64,000 nucleotides of DNA from a virus (IMGVR_UViG_3300011904_000029:6312-70311), one strand, 5' to 3'; counted from the stretch's first letter, positions 49,729-59,275 are shown. Translations and numbers: made by a program. Notes: a model not told the origin generated them from the letters alone.

Positions 49729-49983
49729 TTATTTAACAGTCCACATAAAATGCATACAATTATCTATCACATAGTCTTTTGTTTCATATGGCTTATCTTT
49801 AAATTCCCAAAAGTACCCATATTTTAGTATACTTACAAAGTCGTGGGTTCTACTAAATGCATCTAAACGTCTATCATTGTCAATTGCACTATGTAACTCT
49901 TCTATCGTATCACCTATATAAGCCCCGCTAAGACTACCTGTGGTACCAAACTCAACACGATATTTAGTCCATACTGTCTTCAT
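49729..49983 (-). CDS. hypothetical protein
   Basis: 84-aa ORF. Confidence 0.35.
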   Translation of the reverse strand: MKTVWTKYRVEFGTTGSLSGAYIGDTIEELHSAIDNDRRLDAFSRTHDFVSILKYGYFWEFKDKPYETKDYVIDNCMHFMWTVK

Positions 49984-50102
49984 ATTTCATCCCCTAATGA
50001 AAGATTTATTTTACTAATTTATTTTTTTTACAATAACTTACCAACATCAATATCCATGACTCAATTAATCTCAACGTGATAAAATTCACTTGAGGTGTTT
50101 AT

Positions 50103-50927
50103 ATGTTTATTTCTCCTATGTTATTGCATAAATCCGATAAACCATTCGATAATGACTCCTGGATAACAGAACTTAAATTAGATGGATTTCGCTGTATATG
50201 GACAAAGTTTAATAACAAGGTCAAAATTTATACACGACACAACAATGAGATAACTGCATTATTCCCAGAGCTTCAATCACTTGATATCCCCGATGGCACT
50301 ATCCTTGATGGTGAATTAGTAGTAACAGATCATCAAGGGAAGCCAAACTTTGAATATCTCTTAGAACGTTTTAAATCAAAGAAGTCACAACACAAAATAA
50401 CATTTTGTCCATTTGATATAATTTATTTAAGTAATGATAATCTATGTAGACTTCCTCTTATTGAAAGGAAAGAAATTATAAATGAGCTAATACCAAAAGA
50501 CACGCAATTACTCACAAAAGTTAGTTGGTTAAGTGGTAATGGTATAGTTTATTTTGAACTAATTAAACAACACGATCTTGAGGGTATTGTCCTTAAGAAA
50601 GCAAATTCTACTTATCAAGTAAACAAACGATCACAAAATTGGATAAAAGTAATCAATTATAAATATGAAAATGTGCTTGTTTCCGGCTTACGAAGAGATA
50701 AATTTGGCCTTCTATTATGTTATGAGAATGGCAATTATGCTGGATTGTTAGAGTTCATGCCACCGCAAAACCGGAAACAATTTTATAGAGTCTATAGAGA
50801 TTGCACTATTAAGGAAGATGATAAGTATTTTTATTTAGACCCAAAAATTAAGATGAAAGTTAAGTTTCGCAATTATACAAGTAAAGGTTTGCTTAGAATT
50901 CCTAGTTTTGTGGAGTGGGTGTCATAG
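50103..50927 (+). CDS. ligB: ATP-dependent DNA ligase (minimal adenylation + OB domain type)
   Basis: 274 aa; motif I ELKLDGFR (KxDG), further nucleotidyltransferase motifs; GAGGTG RBS. Confidence 0.8.
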   Translation: MFISPMLLHKSDKPFDNDSWITELKLDGFRCIWTKFNNKVKIYTRHNNEITALFPELQSLDIPDGTILDGELVVTDHQGKPNFEYLLERFKSKKSQHKITFCPFDIIYLSNDNLCRLPLIERKEIINELIPKDTQLLTKVSWLSGNGIVYFELIKQHDLEGIVLKKANSTYQVNKRSQNWIKVINYKYENVLVSGLRRDKFGLLLCYENGNYAGLLEFMPPQNRKQFYRVYRDCTIKEDDKYFYLDPKIKMKVKFRNYTSKGLLRIPSFVEWVS

Positions 50928-50953
50928 CTCCACACATACATAAAAGATCATCC

Positions 50954-51307
50954 CTAAGACAATTTCACATCAATAATTTTTTCTATTGAAATCTTCTCAG
51001 ATTTACCATTCAATACTATATGCAATTTCTTTTCAATATGGTCATACTTGTTAATATGGCACTTCTTCTCAGTAATGCTTCCCAAATGATAAACGGACAA
51101 GTATACAGGAACATAGTCTTCAATAGCAATTGTCAACAAATCATTTATCTCCATCCATTTTTGCTCATCTAAAATTGGCTTATTAATCAGCTTTTTATTA
51201 GAATTATGGGAAATGATTTTCTCTGTATGTTCAGGCAACATCATCCTACTTGATTCCCACCTTAGATTTTGATTTTTTGTTAATTTATTGATTTTCATTG
51301 CAATCAT
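50954..51307 (-). CDS. YolD-like protein (accessory to Y-family polymerase)
   Basis: 117-aa ORF immediately downstream of and co-oriented with the Y-family polymerase gene. Confidence 0.45.
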   Translation of the reverse strand: MIAMKINKLTKNQNLRWESSRMMLPEHTEKIISHNSNKKLINKPILDEQKWMEINDLLTIAIEDYVPVYLSVYHLGSITEKKCHINKYDHIEKKLHIVLNGKSEKISIEKIIDVKLS

Positions 51308-51310
51308 CCT

Positions 51311-52546
51311 TTATTTATAGTGACCACCAATTTTTGAAGCTCTTTCGGATGCTTGACCTGCTTTAGTTAATGACGATGCCCTATATAATGCTGTACGTCC
51401 GTATTTATCCCAAATTTCATCTAGTGCTGTATTCAGTTGCTCCCTATATGAATAGTTATCAAATAAATCAATCTGGTAGTTGTCTGCTGGCTGTAAGTTA
51501 GAAATACTCACACCTAAACTGCGTATTGGCTCTTTATTCCAAAACTTTAACAGTAATTTATAAGCTGCATTAAAAATATCTAGATCATAATTTGTTGGCA
51601 CTGATAAAGTAACTTGTCGATTAAATCCGGTTGGAAAATCAAAATCCGCACCTCTAACGCCACAAGAAATTGTTGTTCCCATGTATCCTTTCTTTCTACA
51701 TCTTCTAGCTACTTCAGTACATAGTTCTAATAGTACAACCTTAATTTCATCTAAATCCATATAATCTCTGGGCAAAGTCATATGATGGCCAACTGCTTTT
51801 TGTTGATTGTGCGTCTTAACAGTGACTGGCGAATAGTCGATACCGTTGGCTGTCTGCCATAATACCTCTCCATTAATGCCCCATCTTTTCTTCAGCAATT
51901 CAACTGGAAATTTAGCCAGTCCTCCAATTGTAAAGATGCCCATCCCGTTTAAATTACGTTTCATTCGTTTGCCTACACCAAACATTTTTTCTACTGGCAG
52001 CTTCCATAACTGGTCAATGTTGTTTTGATCTAGACGGAATATGCCTTCTTTGTTCTTTTTAGCAAAGTTATCACAAGCCATTTTTGCTAATATCTTATTT
52101 GATCCTATACCTACTCTGGCATATACTCCAGTATCATATAATATTTTTTCCTGAACTTTTTTAGCTATTTCAAACTGATTACCAAATAACTTTTGACTAC
52201 CAGTTACATCCATAAATTGTTCATCAATACTAAACTGCTCAACTAAATCAGTAAACTCTTCCATAATTTTGCTAATTTGCATAGAAACATTAATATATAA
52301 CTGCATATGAGGTTTAACTACCTCAACATTAGGACATTTCAATAAAGCAGATCCCAATGTTTCGGCTGTTGTGATGCCAAATTTCTTTGCAATTGGACAT
52401 GCAGCTAGGACTATGCCACTTCTACGCTCAGGGTCTCCCGCAACAATAACAGGCTTATCCTTTAATGAGTTATTATTAACTTTTTCAACTGAAGCATAGA
52501 ATGATTGCATATCAACTAAGAAAATCACTTTTTCTGCCAATGACAA
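51311..52546 (-). CDS. Y-family translesion DNA polymerase (UmuC/UvrX-like)
   Basis: 411 aa; N-terminal VIFLVDMQSFYASVE, FSIDEQFMDVTG, GVGKRMKRNLNGMGIFTIG motifs. Confidence 0.85.
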   Translation of the reverse strand: MSLAEKVIFLVDMQSFYASVEKVNNNSLKDKPVIVAGDPERRSGIVLAACPIAKKFGITTAETLGSALLKCPNVEVVKPHMQLYINVSMQISKIMEEFTDLVEQFSIDEQFMDVTGSQKLFGNQFEIAKKVQEKILYDTGVYARVGIGSNKILAKMACDNFAKKNKEGIFRLDQNNIDQLWKLPVEKMFGVGKRMKRNLNGMGIFTIGGLAKFPVELLKKRWGINGEVLWQTANGIDYSPVTVKTHNQQKAVGHHMTLPRDYMDLDEIKVVLLELCTEVARRCRKKGYMGTTISCGVRGADFDFPTGFNRQVTLSVPTNYDLDIFNAAYKLLLKFWNKEPIRSLGVSISNLQPADNYQIDLFDNYSYREQLNTALDEIWDKYGRTALYRASSLTKAGQASERASKIGGHYK

Positions 52547-52562
52547 TCACCTCAATTAATAA

Positions 52563-52574
52563 GAACGTTCGTTC
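52563..52574 (-). promoter_or_regulatory. LexA (Cheo) box GAACN4GTTC downstream of polY promoter
   Basis: GAACGTTCGTTC exactly fits GAAC-N4-GTTC; second near-match AAACACTTGTTC at 52590-52601 inside spacer of TTGCAT-18-TATAAT promoter (52581-52610). Confidence 0.55.
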
Positions 52575-52845
52575 CCTAATATTATATACAAACACTTGTT
52601 CTTTATGCAAGGTGATTTTAATTGGTAAAAATTTTACACTTTATTCCAGCGATATTCTAATACGTCTGTTATGTATTTATGTATATTCACTATTAATCTC
52701 TCTTGGTTCTATAACACCTTCATAGTGAAGTCCTTCATTTTTTAAGCTTTTCATGATCTTATGTATAAGTTCCTTGGCATCTATTTCTTCTTCTGTCCTC
52801 AACTCCCCATTTATCCTAAAAGTTTTCAACACAAATACACCTCCA

Positions 52846-53046
52846 TTACTTTATTTCATGGCTAAGAAGCTTCAAATAACCCTTAATCATTTTCTTGCGA
52901 ATATCTCTAGCTTCTTTCTTGTTACTATGTGCGTAAGTATCTGCTGTCAAGAAATCAAAATTAGCACACTTTTGATATGCTTTAGTATATCTATGTTCTT
53001 GTAAAGATAATACTCTCCTCTCCATACCCAAATATCCCCCATGCAT
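52846..53046 (-). CDS. hypothetical small basic protein
   Basis: 66-aa ORF (possibly starting at internal MERR...) downstream of TTTACT-16-TGcTATAAT promoter near 53060-53090. Confidence 0.35.
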   Translation of the reverse strand: MHGGYLGMERRVLSLQEHRYTKAYQKCANFDFLTADTYAHSNKKEARDIRKKMIKGYLKLLSHEIK

Positions 53047-53269
53047 TATTTTATTTAACTATTATCATTATAGCACATGGAGGATTAAAGTAAACATTTT
53101 TACAATAAATATTTATTTTGTTTTTGATTTTCTTTAAATCTATACATAACAAATCCATCATCCAGGTTAATAATTAGCCCCTTTCCAAATTCATTTCTTA
53201 AATCCTTAATAATTTTATTTTTTTGTCTATAAGTATTGAATGGAACGCAACCAGTAATAAACACCTACC

Positions 53270-53413
53270 TTACTCACCCTTTCTTTTATCAGTTTTATCA
53301 ACCGAACTTAAAAACTCTCTTATGTCATCTACACTCATCCCCAATTCTTTAGCAGTCACAATTAATTCATACCATTCCTGATCTAATTGTTCTCGCTGAG
53401 ATTCCAATTCCAC
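53270..53413 (-). CDS. SinI-like (Sin-domain) small protein
   Basis: about 46 aa from GTG/TTG after GGAGGTG RBS: ESQREQLDQEWYELIVTAKELGMSVDDIREFL resembles SinI LDQEWVELMVEAKEANISPEEIRKYL. Confidence 0.45.
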   Translation of the reverse strand: MELESQREQLDQEWYELIVTAKELGMSVDDIREFLSSVDKTDKRKGE

Positions 53414-53595
53414 ACCTCCATTTATTCATATGTATTTATTTTATTAATAGAAGCTATAAATTGATCTTGCTGTTATTTCAAATTGAAGTGAGTGATTTTT
53501 ATGTTTGGCTGATATATGACTGTTTTAATTTTAAAACTTATCTCTAAATGAATTGACTGTTTTATTGAATTAATCTTCAATAATATTTTTTCGCA

Positions 53596-53772
53596 CTATG
53601 CATTAACCAATTTGGAATATGCTACTTTCAATCCGTCCACTTCATCAACGCTATATCCTTCAAAGGCTTTGCTTCCTGCATCTAATAACATTTCATCTTC
53701 TGTATCGTATTTAATAACTAACTTCTCTTTGTGCACAGTCTCCATCGACAAGGTTTTGCTGATTTGCTCCAC
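53596..53772 (-). CDS. hypothetical small protein
   Basis: 58 codons from GTG with AGGAGGG RBS; coupled to upstream ORF. Confidence 0.4.
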   Translation of the reverse strand: MEQISKTLSMETVHKEKLVIKYDTEDEMLLDAGSKAFEGYSVDEVDGLKVAYSKLVNA

Positions 53773-53784
53773 TTTTAAGCCCTC

Positions 53785-54021
53785 CTATTGCTCCTTCTCA
53801 TACCAGGTAAATTGTTCTCCAACTTGCTCAAAAACCCACTCAATATACTCTTTTGTTATTTCTTCTTCAGTATCATCATCTTCAAATTCAAATTCCTCTT
53901 CATAAACATGGTGATCTCCTAATCCGTATCTGTGACGAAAAACAATTGTTCTCATTTTATTTCCTCCTTGTTCCATTAAAATCAGATATTTATTTAGTTG
54001 CCTATTTATATTAACGTTCAT
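53785..54021 (-). CDS. hypothetical acidic protein
   Basis: 78-aa ORF. Confidence 0.4.
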   Translation of the reverse strand: MNVNINRQLNKYLILMEQGGNKMRTIVFRHRYGLGDHHVYEEEFEFEDDDTEEEITKEYIEWVFEQVGEQFTWYEKEQ

Positions 54022-54320
54022 CCAATTCTTACCCTTGTTACAGCCTCTCCATATCCTTTTAATGACCCATCAATTTCACTTCGTTCTTGATTGAACAGGT
54101 TAATTTCCTCTAGCGTGGCTTTGCGTTGTAAGAACTCTGAAAGCCAGTCATTTGAATATAAGTCCCCTATTTTACCATCTGTAATCCAAAGTGTTTCAGT
54201 TTTAAATGAACCTTCAAGATTATTTTTTGAGACAACTAGAATAATATTTTTTTCAGCCTTACCATCTTCATAAATAAAGTCATTAGCATAAAATCTGCCG
54301 ATTTCAATTTTACTCTTCAT
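54018..54320 (-). CDS. hypothetical protein
   Basis: 100-aa ORF. Confidence 0.4.
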   Translation of the reverse strand: MKSKIEIGRFYANDFIYEDGKAEKNIILVVSKNNLEGSFKTETLWITDGKIGDLYSNDWLSEFLQRKATLEEINLFNQERSEIDGSLKGYGEAVTRVRIG

Positions 54321-54360
54321 TTATATCATCCCTCCATACATTGATAAAAGTCGCATTTTA

Positions 54361-54552
54361 TCAATACTCTTTTCCCTTTTGTTCACACTCAATAAATTTT
54401 ATAGATTCATTAACTCCTTTTTTAAAACCATAATTGTGTGATTTAATTATTAGCTTTGCTATACTTTCAATTTTCATAACATTTTCATCAATGCCTTTTA
54501 ACATTTCAATATCAACATTACTTAGTCCTGCTTCTTTTAATTCATCATACAT
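54361..54552 (-). CDS. hypothetical protein
   Basis: 63-aa ORF. Confidence 0.3.
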   Translation of the reverse strand: MYDELKEAGLSNVDIEMLKGIDENVMKIESIAKLIIKSHNYGFKKGVNESIKFIECEQKGKEY

Positions 54553-54591
54553 ATAAATGCCTCCCTCAATATATGCAATACTTTATCTTAC

Positions 54592-54801
54592 CTAGATTCC
54601 ATACATTTCTCGTTCTTTTTCTCTTATCATTTCTTGAAATTCATACGGCATTTCCTCAGCAAAATTACTAATGATTGTAACATCTTCTTTTGACATTCCT
54701 TTTTCAATTCTTGATATTACCTCAAAAGCTTCCTTAATAATTTTTACACCTTCTTCAGTGTATATGTTCATATTTTTAACTACTTGATACAAATCTCTCA
54801 T
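54592..54801 (-). CDS. hypothetical protein
   Basis: 69-aa ORF. Confidence 0.3.
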   Translation of the reverse strand: MRDLYQVVKNMNIYTEEGVKIIKEAFEVISRIEKGMSKEDVTIISNFAEEMPYEFQEMIREKEREMYGI

Positions 54802-54817
54802 TTAGACCATCTCCAAT

Positions 54818-55123
54818 TTACATTTTATAGTGTAAATTAATATTAAAATCTTGTTGTAATTGGTAAATCATATATAAACCATCTAAGCCAAACTCTTTCG
54901 CATATTTAAAGGCCAAATCACGTTCAAATCCATAAGCAATATATTTAGCAGCAGTCTTGATGATTAAAGGAGAGTGTTTTGTGAAGTCTATATCTTTATG
55001 ATCCGTACACACTGCCATAAACTCATTAATTGCACTTTGGAATTTGTTCTCTTTATGCATACGTGTATCCAATGCCTTGAAAGCTTCGGACAGTAATTTT
55101 GCATTACTCATTTCTTCAGTCAA
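54818..55123 (-). CDS. hypothetical protein
   Basis: 101-aa ORF. Confidence 0.4.
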   Translation of the reverse strand: MTEEMSNAKLLSEAFKALDTRMHKENKFQSAINEFMAVCTDHKDIDFTKHSPLIIKTAAKYIAYGFERDLAFKYAKEFGLDGLYMIYQLQQDFNINLHYKM

Positions 55124-55325
55124 CTTAGTCCCTCCCCTCCATAAAATTAGAATTTTACTGTGAAATCCAGTGATAATTTTCTAATGCTGTTATATTAAAA
55201 TCTCATTTTGCAGATCTTTTTCTCTCTTCTTTATATATGTTGATTGCAATCTCTACCATAGATCTGTAAAACTCATCAATTTACTGTAAATACCTGGCGA
55301 TAAAGCCATTATGCTGTTATATAAA

Positions 55326-55673
55326 TTATAACCCCTCTGCCATCCCCAGGCTTACCATAATAGCATTATCAACTTTATTCATTGTGAATTGATCCAAGGC
55401 GGTTATTTTGCCTTCTAATCGCTTCTTATCAATGGTTCTTATCTGCTCTAATAATACCACGGAATCTTTAGAAAGACCGTATCTTTTAGCATCTAATTCA
55501 ACATGAGTAGGCATCTTCGCTTTTTGTATTTGACTAGTCACAGCAGCAACAACGGTTGTTGGACTATAGTGGTTCCCAATATTATTTTGAATTACGAGTA
55601 CAGGTCTATATCCACCTTGTTCACTTCCTCTTGTAGGACTTAGATCTGCGAAGTAAATGTCACCTCTTTTCAC
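55326..55673 (-). CDS. mazF: MazF/EndoA (PemK-family) mRNA interferase toxin
   Basis: 115 aa from GTG; [66 protein letters not shown]... closely matches the Bacillus EndoA sequence as recalled. Confidence 0.85.
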   Translation of the reverse strand: MKRGDIYFADLSPTRGSEQGGYRPVLVIQNNIGNHYSPTTVVAAVTSQIQKAKMPTHVELDAKRYGLSKDSVVLLEQIRTIDKKRLEGKITALDQFTMNKVDNAIMVSLGMAEGL

Positions 55674-55798
55674 CCCTGAACACTCCCTCTTGTTTATAAT
55701 TTAATTTATTTTTATCTCTAATTACGCCAGCGATTTTAAGCTAATGCTGATATATGTATTTTTCAATCACTGGCCTGGTTAGAAATAGAAACATTGTT

Positions 55799-56173
55799 TT
55801 ATTGATTTATGATATAACCATGCATCAAGCTTGCCAATTTAGCTGCTCTTTTTACCGATAACTCAATCCAATTATCATCATTTTTATCTGTGTAGCAAAT
55901 CAAAGATAATTTCATATTTCCGTTCATGTCTTTACCAATAAATAGTGATCTCTCTACATCTTTGGAGTAAGTGCTAATTTCTTCATTATAAGCCTTATCT
56001 TCTGGGATTACCTTTTCAATTTTGTTAATACCATTTAAATGTTTTTCAATTTTATTTAATATATATAAAGCTTCATTGTCATCAAGAATCGCTCTATAAT
56101 AACCTCTCTTATCAGAATCACTGGTGAATCTCATTATTACTGATTTCCCTTTTGTTTGAAGTTCAATGCTCAT
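55799..56173 (-). CDS. hypothetical protein
   Basis: 124-aa ORF. Confidence 0.4.
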   Translation of the reverse strand: MSIELQTKGKSVIMRFTSDSDKRGYYRAILDDNEALYILNKIEKHLNGINKIEKVIPEDKAYNEEISTYSKDVERSLFIGKDMNGNMKLSLICYTDKNDDNWIELSVKRAAKLASLMHGYIINQ

Positions 56174-56268
56174 GTTAGACCTCCTAAATATCTCAATATA
56201 TTTATGTATTTGTTGTAATAAAACCCTTCTTTTATTAAATTATTAACTACATACTTTCTCCGTACTGT

Positions 56269-56460
56269 TCACCAAATTCTTTTACCGTTGGGTTCTCCTA
56301 ATAGCCTATTTGCTTTGCAATACAAGAAGTATTGGTCATTGTGCGAAATACGCATATTCTCATTGGTGCGCCTAGATTCAAGGAATACTCTGTAATATGT
56401 TTTGGCAAACTCCTCAAGCTCGGAAAGTCTCTTCTCTAAGTCCTTTGTCAAAAAAATCAC
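56269..56460 (-). CDS. hypothetical protein
   Basis: 63-aa ORF (probable TTG start a few codons in). Confidence 0.3.
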   Translation of the reverse strand: MIFLTKDLEKRLSELEEFAKTYYRVFLESRRTNENMRISHNDQYFLYCKANRLLGEPNGKRIW

Positions 56461-56490
56461 TCCTTCACAACTTATATCTAAACTTGTTTA

Positions 56491-56589
56491 TTAAAACCAT
56501 CCAAATTCAGATGCTAAAATTTGAATAATAATCCATAGAAATGCCAATGTGAATGGGACTTGTATGATAGCTATTATAACCCAGAGCAT
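56491..56589 (-). CDS. 32-aa hydrophobic peptide (small membrane protein)
   Basis: GGAGTG RBS 7 nt before ATG; MLWVIIAIIQVPFTLAFLWIIIQILASEFGWF. Confidence 0.3.
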   Translation of the reverse strand: MLWVIIAIIQVPFTLAFLWIIIQILASEFGWF

Positions 56590-56622
56590 ATCTTCACTCC
56601 TTCACAGTTTCTCGGTACTGTT

Positions 56623-56808
56623 TTAATCAAAATGCAGTAAATTAGTCTTTATCACATGTTCCTTTTCTAAAGAGTATAGTTTTGCATTATGTTTTTCAGC
56701 ATATTCTTTTGCCAATTTGATAGCATCCTCATCATTTTTAGCTTCGTGAAGTATTTTTACTGAATTGGATTTTTGTTTATGTTTTCTTATCAGCAACCTA
56801 TATTCCAC
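56623..56808 (-). CDS. hypothetical protein
   Basis: 61-aa ORF. Confidence 0.3.
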   Translation of the reverse strand: MEYRLLIRKHKQKSNSVKILHEAKNDEDAIKLAKEYAEKHNAKLYSLEKEHVIKTNLLHFD

Positions 56809-56861
56809 ATATTCGATTTTAATCCCTCCTTTTATTCTTTAATAAAAACCCTTCTTATACG

Positions 56862-57053
56862 CTAATCGTGTAATTTATATTGCTCCAGTTTTACCAGATC
56901 GCTTTTAAGTTCATTTAACCTTTTTTCTAATAAGTTTCTACTGGCGTTCAGTAAATGATCGTTTGTCAGGCTTTTCGTAATTGCATTGATTTCATTTTGT
57001 ATAAATAAAACCGCATACTTGAACGCCATACGTTCGTGTTGTATTGGAATCAT
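56862..57053 (-). CDS. hypothetical protein
   Basis: 63-aa ORF. Confidence 0.3.
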   Translation of the reverse strand: MIPIQHERMAFKYAVLFIQNEINAITKSLTNDHLLNASRNLLEKRLNELKSDLVKLEQYKLHD

Positions 57054-57140
57054 TCCTCTTTCACCCTCCTACACCTGTATTATTCTAAGATAAATCGCTC
57101 GTTTATCTCATATAAAAGAATAGCCTAATATCATTGTTAA

Positions 57141-57335
57141 TTAATTTTTATTTGATATTTTAAATTGCACCTTTTCAAAAGTAGTGCCATCTGCGACTCC
57201 GACATAGCCATCGTTAGCATTTTCATAATATTCTTTTGCCTGTTTTAAAGCTTTTGCTTGGCTATCTGCTTTTACATCAATCTCATAAGTGTATGTTTCA
57301 GTGATTTTAACTTTAAAATCTTTCATTTTCTCCAC
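57141..57335 (-). CDS. hypothetical protein
   Basis: 64-aa ORF. Confidence 0.3.
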   Translation of the reverse strand: MEKMKDFKVKITETYTYEIDVKADSQAKALKQAKEYYENANDGYVGVADGTTFEKVQFKISNKN

Positions 57336-57341
57336 CTCTTT

Positions 57342-57533
57342 CTATGAACTATAAGTAAAAAGTTTAACGCCAATAACATTATTTCTTTCGCTTGATTCTA
57401 ATTTATTCAAAACCATATTCATAGCAGTTATGTTGTCGTTGGATTCAGCTATTATTTCTCTAGGAGGTTTACTGATAAAAGATATTTTAATCATAAATTT
57501 TTTCATTTCGATTTTTCCTTTCTTTGTTTGCAC
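57342..57533 (-). CDS. hypothetical protein
   Basis: 63-aa ORF. Confidence 0.3.
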   Translation of the reverse strand: MQTKKGKIEMKKFMIKISFISKPPREIIAESNDNITAMNMVLNKLESSERNNVIGVKLFTYSS

Positions 57534-57566
57534 AAATTGTATCTATCGCTTGATAAATCGCTCGTT

Positions 57567-57944
57567 TTATTCATTTCTATAAAGATCGTTCAATAGTTCT
57601 CTTGCTATATCAGCTAACTTTGAAATATCACCTGTATACACACACTCATTAATTAATTGTCTAATCTCTTCCTCGTTCATATGCTCCAACATTGTTAAAC
57701 CCACATCTTCTCCTGTCTTATTTACTTCTTCCTGCTTTTCAAAAGAATCGTCAAATGTAATCAATTCATCTTCATCAATTCTACCTTCGTTCAAAATATA
57801 TGGATTCCAGTCTTTATATTCACATACTTTTTCCCATAGTCCTAAATTCATTATTTGTCTTGCTGTCATTGTAATTTCCGACATTATGCATACCCCTCTA
57901 TAAATTAAATGTACCAGACTTCGAAAGACTCTCAATTTGATCAA
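57567..57944 (-). CDS. hypothetical protein
   Basis: 125-aa ORF. Confidence 0.35.
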   Translation of the reverse strand: MIKLRVFRSLVHLIYRGVCIMSEITMTARQIMNLGLWEKVCEYKDWNPYILNEGRIDEDELITFDDSFEKQEEVNKTGEDVGLTMLEHMNEEEIRQLINECVYTGDISKLADIARELLNDLYRNE

Positions 57945-58143
57945 TTGCTTCTTGAAACTTTTTATACTCTCTTGGCAATATTCCCAAACTACCCATTAAA
58001 ACTGCTGAGTCATGATTATATCTATTAGCCTCGCAAATGGTTTTAAACTTGTATAACAATTCATCTACAGAATCACTACTCTCAATATACGCCTGTGTCG
58101 ATCTAATATTTGAATGGTCTGCTTGACTCATGTTTTTATTCAC
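57898..58143 (-). CDS. hypothetical protein
   Basis: 81-aa ORF. Confidence 0.3.
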   Translation of the reverse strand: MNKNMSQADHSNIRSTQAYIESSDSVDELLYKFKTICEANRYNHDSAVLMGSLGILPREYKKFQEAIDQIESLSKSGTFNL

Positions 58144-58345
58144 TCCTGACTTTCTCTATTCCTTTAAATTCATAGGTATAAATTAGTTCGCTTAAAAACT
58201 TATCTTTATCCCAAACTTCAATTCTATTTTCATTTTCTTCAACATCTTTAACTTCTACAATGTCACCATTAGACCACAAGTAGTCTCCTTGTGCTATGCA
58301 GGATACATCAACGATCTTAATTAAGTCTCCTTTTTGTACTTCCAA
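58136..58345 (-). CDS. hypothetical protein
   Basis: 69-aa ORF. Confidence 0.3.
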   Translation of the reverse strand: MEVQKGDLIKIVDVSCIAQGDYLWSNGDIVEVKDVEENENRIEVWDKDKFLSELIYTYEFKGIEKVRSE

Positions 58346-58769
58346 GCTAATCCTCCCTTATTAAGTCAATCTCTAATTCTACTGTGCCGTTAATTATCTC
58401 TCCACAATTATAAACTTCTGCCTGTGAACCATCGGTAAAATTTATTATCAAGCCATCATCATTGTTTGTTATTTCTGAAATTATTTTCCCCTTAAATTCA
58501 TCGTACATTTGGTTATTTCTCCTTATTTCCTTAGTTGTCCCCGACTTATTGATATACTTCTATTTCATTATAGGTTTGTTTTAAATCTCTTATTTTTGGC
58601 TCAGTATAGCCAGCATTCCTAGTTTCGATTATTGCATCAGTTAAACTTATATAATCCCATCTTGACAGCCAAAATGCTTTTATTTGATTCTTCATGTGTT
58701 TTGTCATTGTTTATTCCTCCCGTTTCTTTTTTAAGATTTTATTGCATCACGTTAAGATGTCTATTTTAT

Positions 58770-58961
58770 TTAGATATCGCTATTCTGACAATTGTTACAA
58801 AATAAGTGATAGCTTTCTCCGATAACATTATCCTCCTCATCACATAATTCATGGTCAAATATACTGCAATCTGTACTTCCACATTTCAAACATTTAATTT
58901 GAAATAAATCATCATTATATCCTTCTATATTACTCATACTAATCTCCTTTAAAATGCTCAC
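58770..58961 (-). CDS. hypothetical Cys-rich protein
   Basis: 63-aa ORF with CxxC pairs. Confidence 0.3.
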   Translation of the reverse strand: MSILKEISMSNIEGYNDDLFQIKCLKCGSTDCSIFDHELCDEEDNVIGESYHLFCNNCQNSDI

Positions 58962-58962
58962 T

Positions 58963-59250
58963 TTATCTATATTTTCCTATCAGAAACTCAATGTACCTAT
59001 TCATCTCATCTTTAACTGCCAGTCTTGATTGAATAATTCCATGTCCAATTTCAACATGACTAATTTCTGTATTGATTTTTGTCTTGTATGGCTCTTCGAC
59101 ATTTGATCTAATCTGTAACCATCTCCTCCTGCCTTTTGCAAAAGAATGAGTCGACCAAATATTGTTTAATATATAATCAAAATGATTTGCAGTCTCCCAA
59201 GCTTCACTAACCTTTTTTAGTTTTTCTTCATAATCTTTAAATTGATTCAT
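58963..59250 (-). CDS. hypothetical protein
   Basis: 95-aa ORF. Confidence 0.35.
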   Translation of the reverse strand: MNQFKDYEEKLKKVSEAWETANHFDYILNNIWSTHSFAKGRRRWLQIRSNVEEPYKTKINTEISHVEIGHGIIQSRLAVKDEMNRYIEFLIGKYR

Positions 59251-59275
59251 ATTTCACCTCTGTGTAAAAATCATT

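Noticed and set aside
53612-53905. 97-aa plus-strand ORF
   Set aside because: Ser/Cys-rich low-complexity product antisense to two coupled minus-strand small genes that have good RBS
55674-55798. MazE/EndoAI antitoxin upstream of mazF
   Set aside because: All three minus-strand frames have multiple stops; no RHH or AbrB-like ORF on either side of the toxin gene
56461-56610. Direct repeat CACTCCTTCACA (56461 and 56598)
   Set aside because: On the gene strand both copies are simply Shine-Dalgarno contexts (TGTGAAGGAGTG) of two adjacent small genes, not a mobile-element or CRISPR repeat
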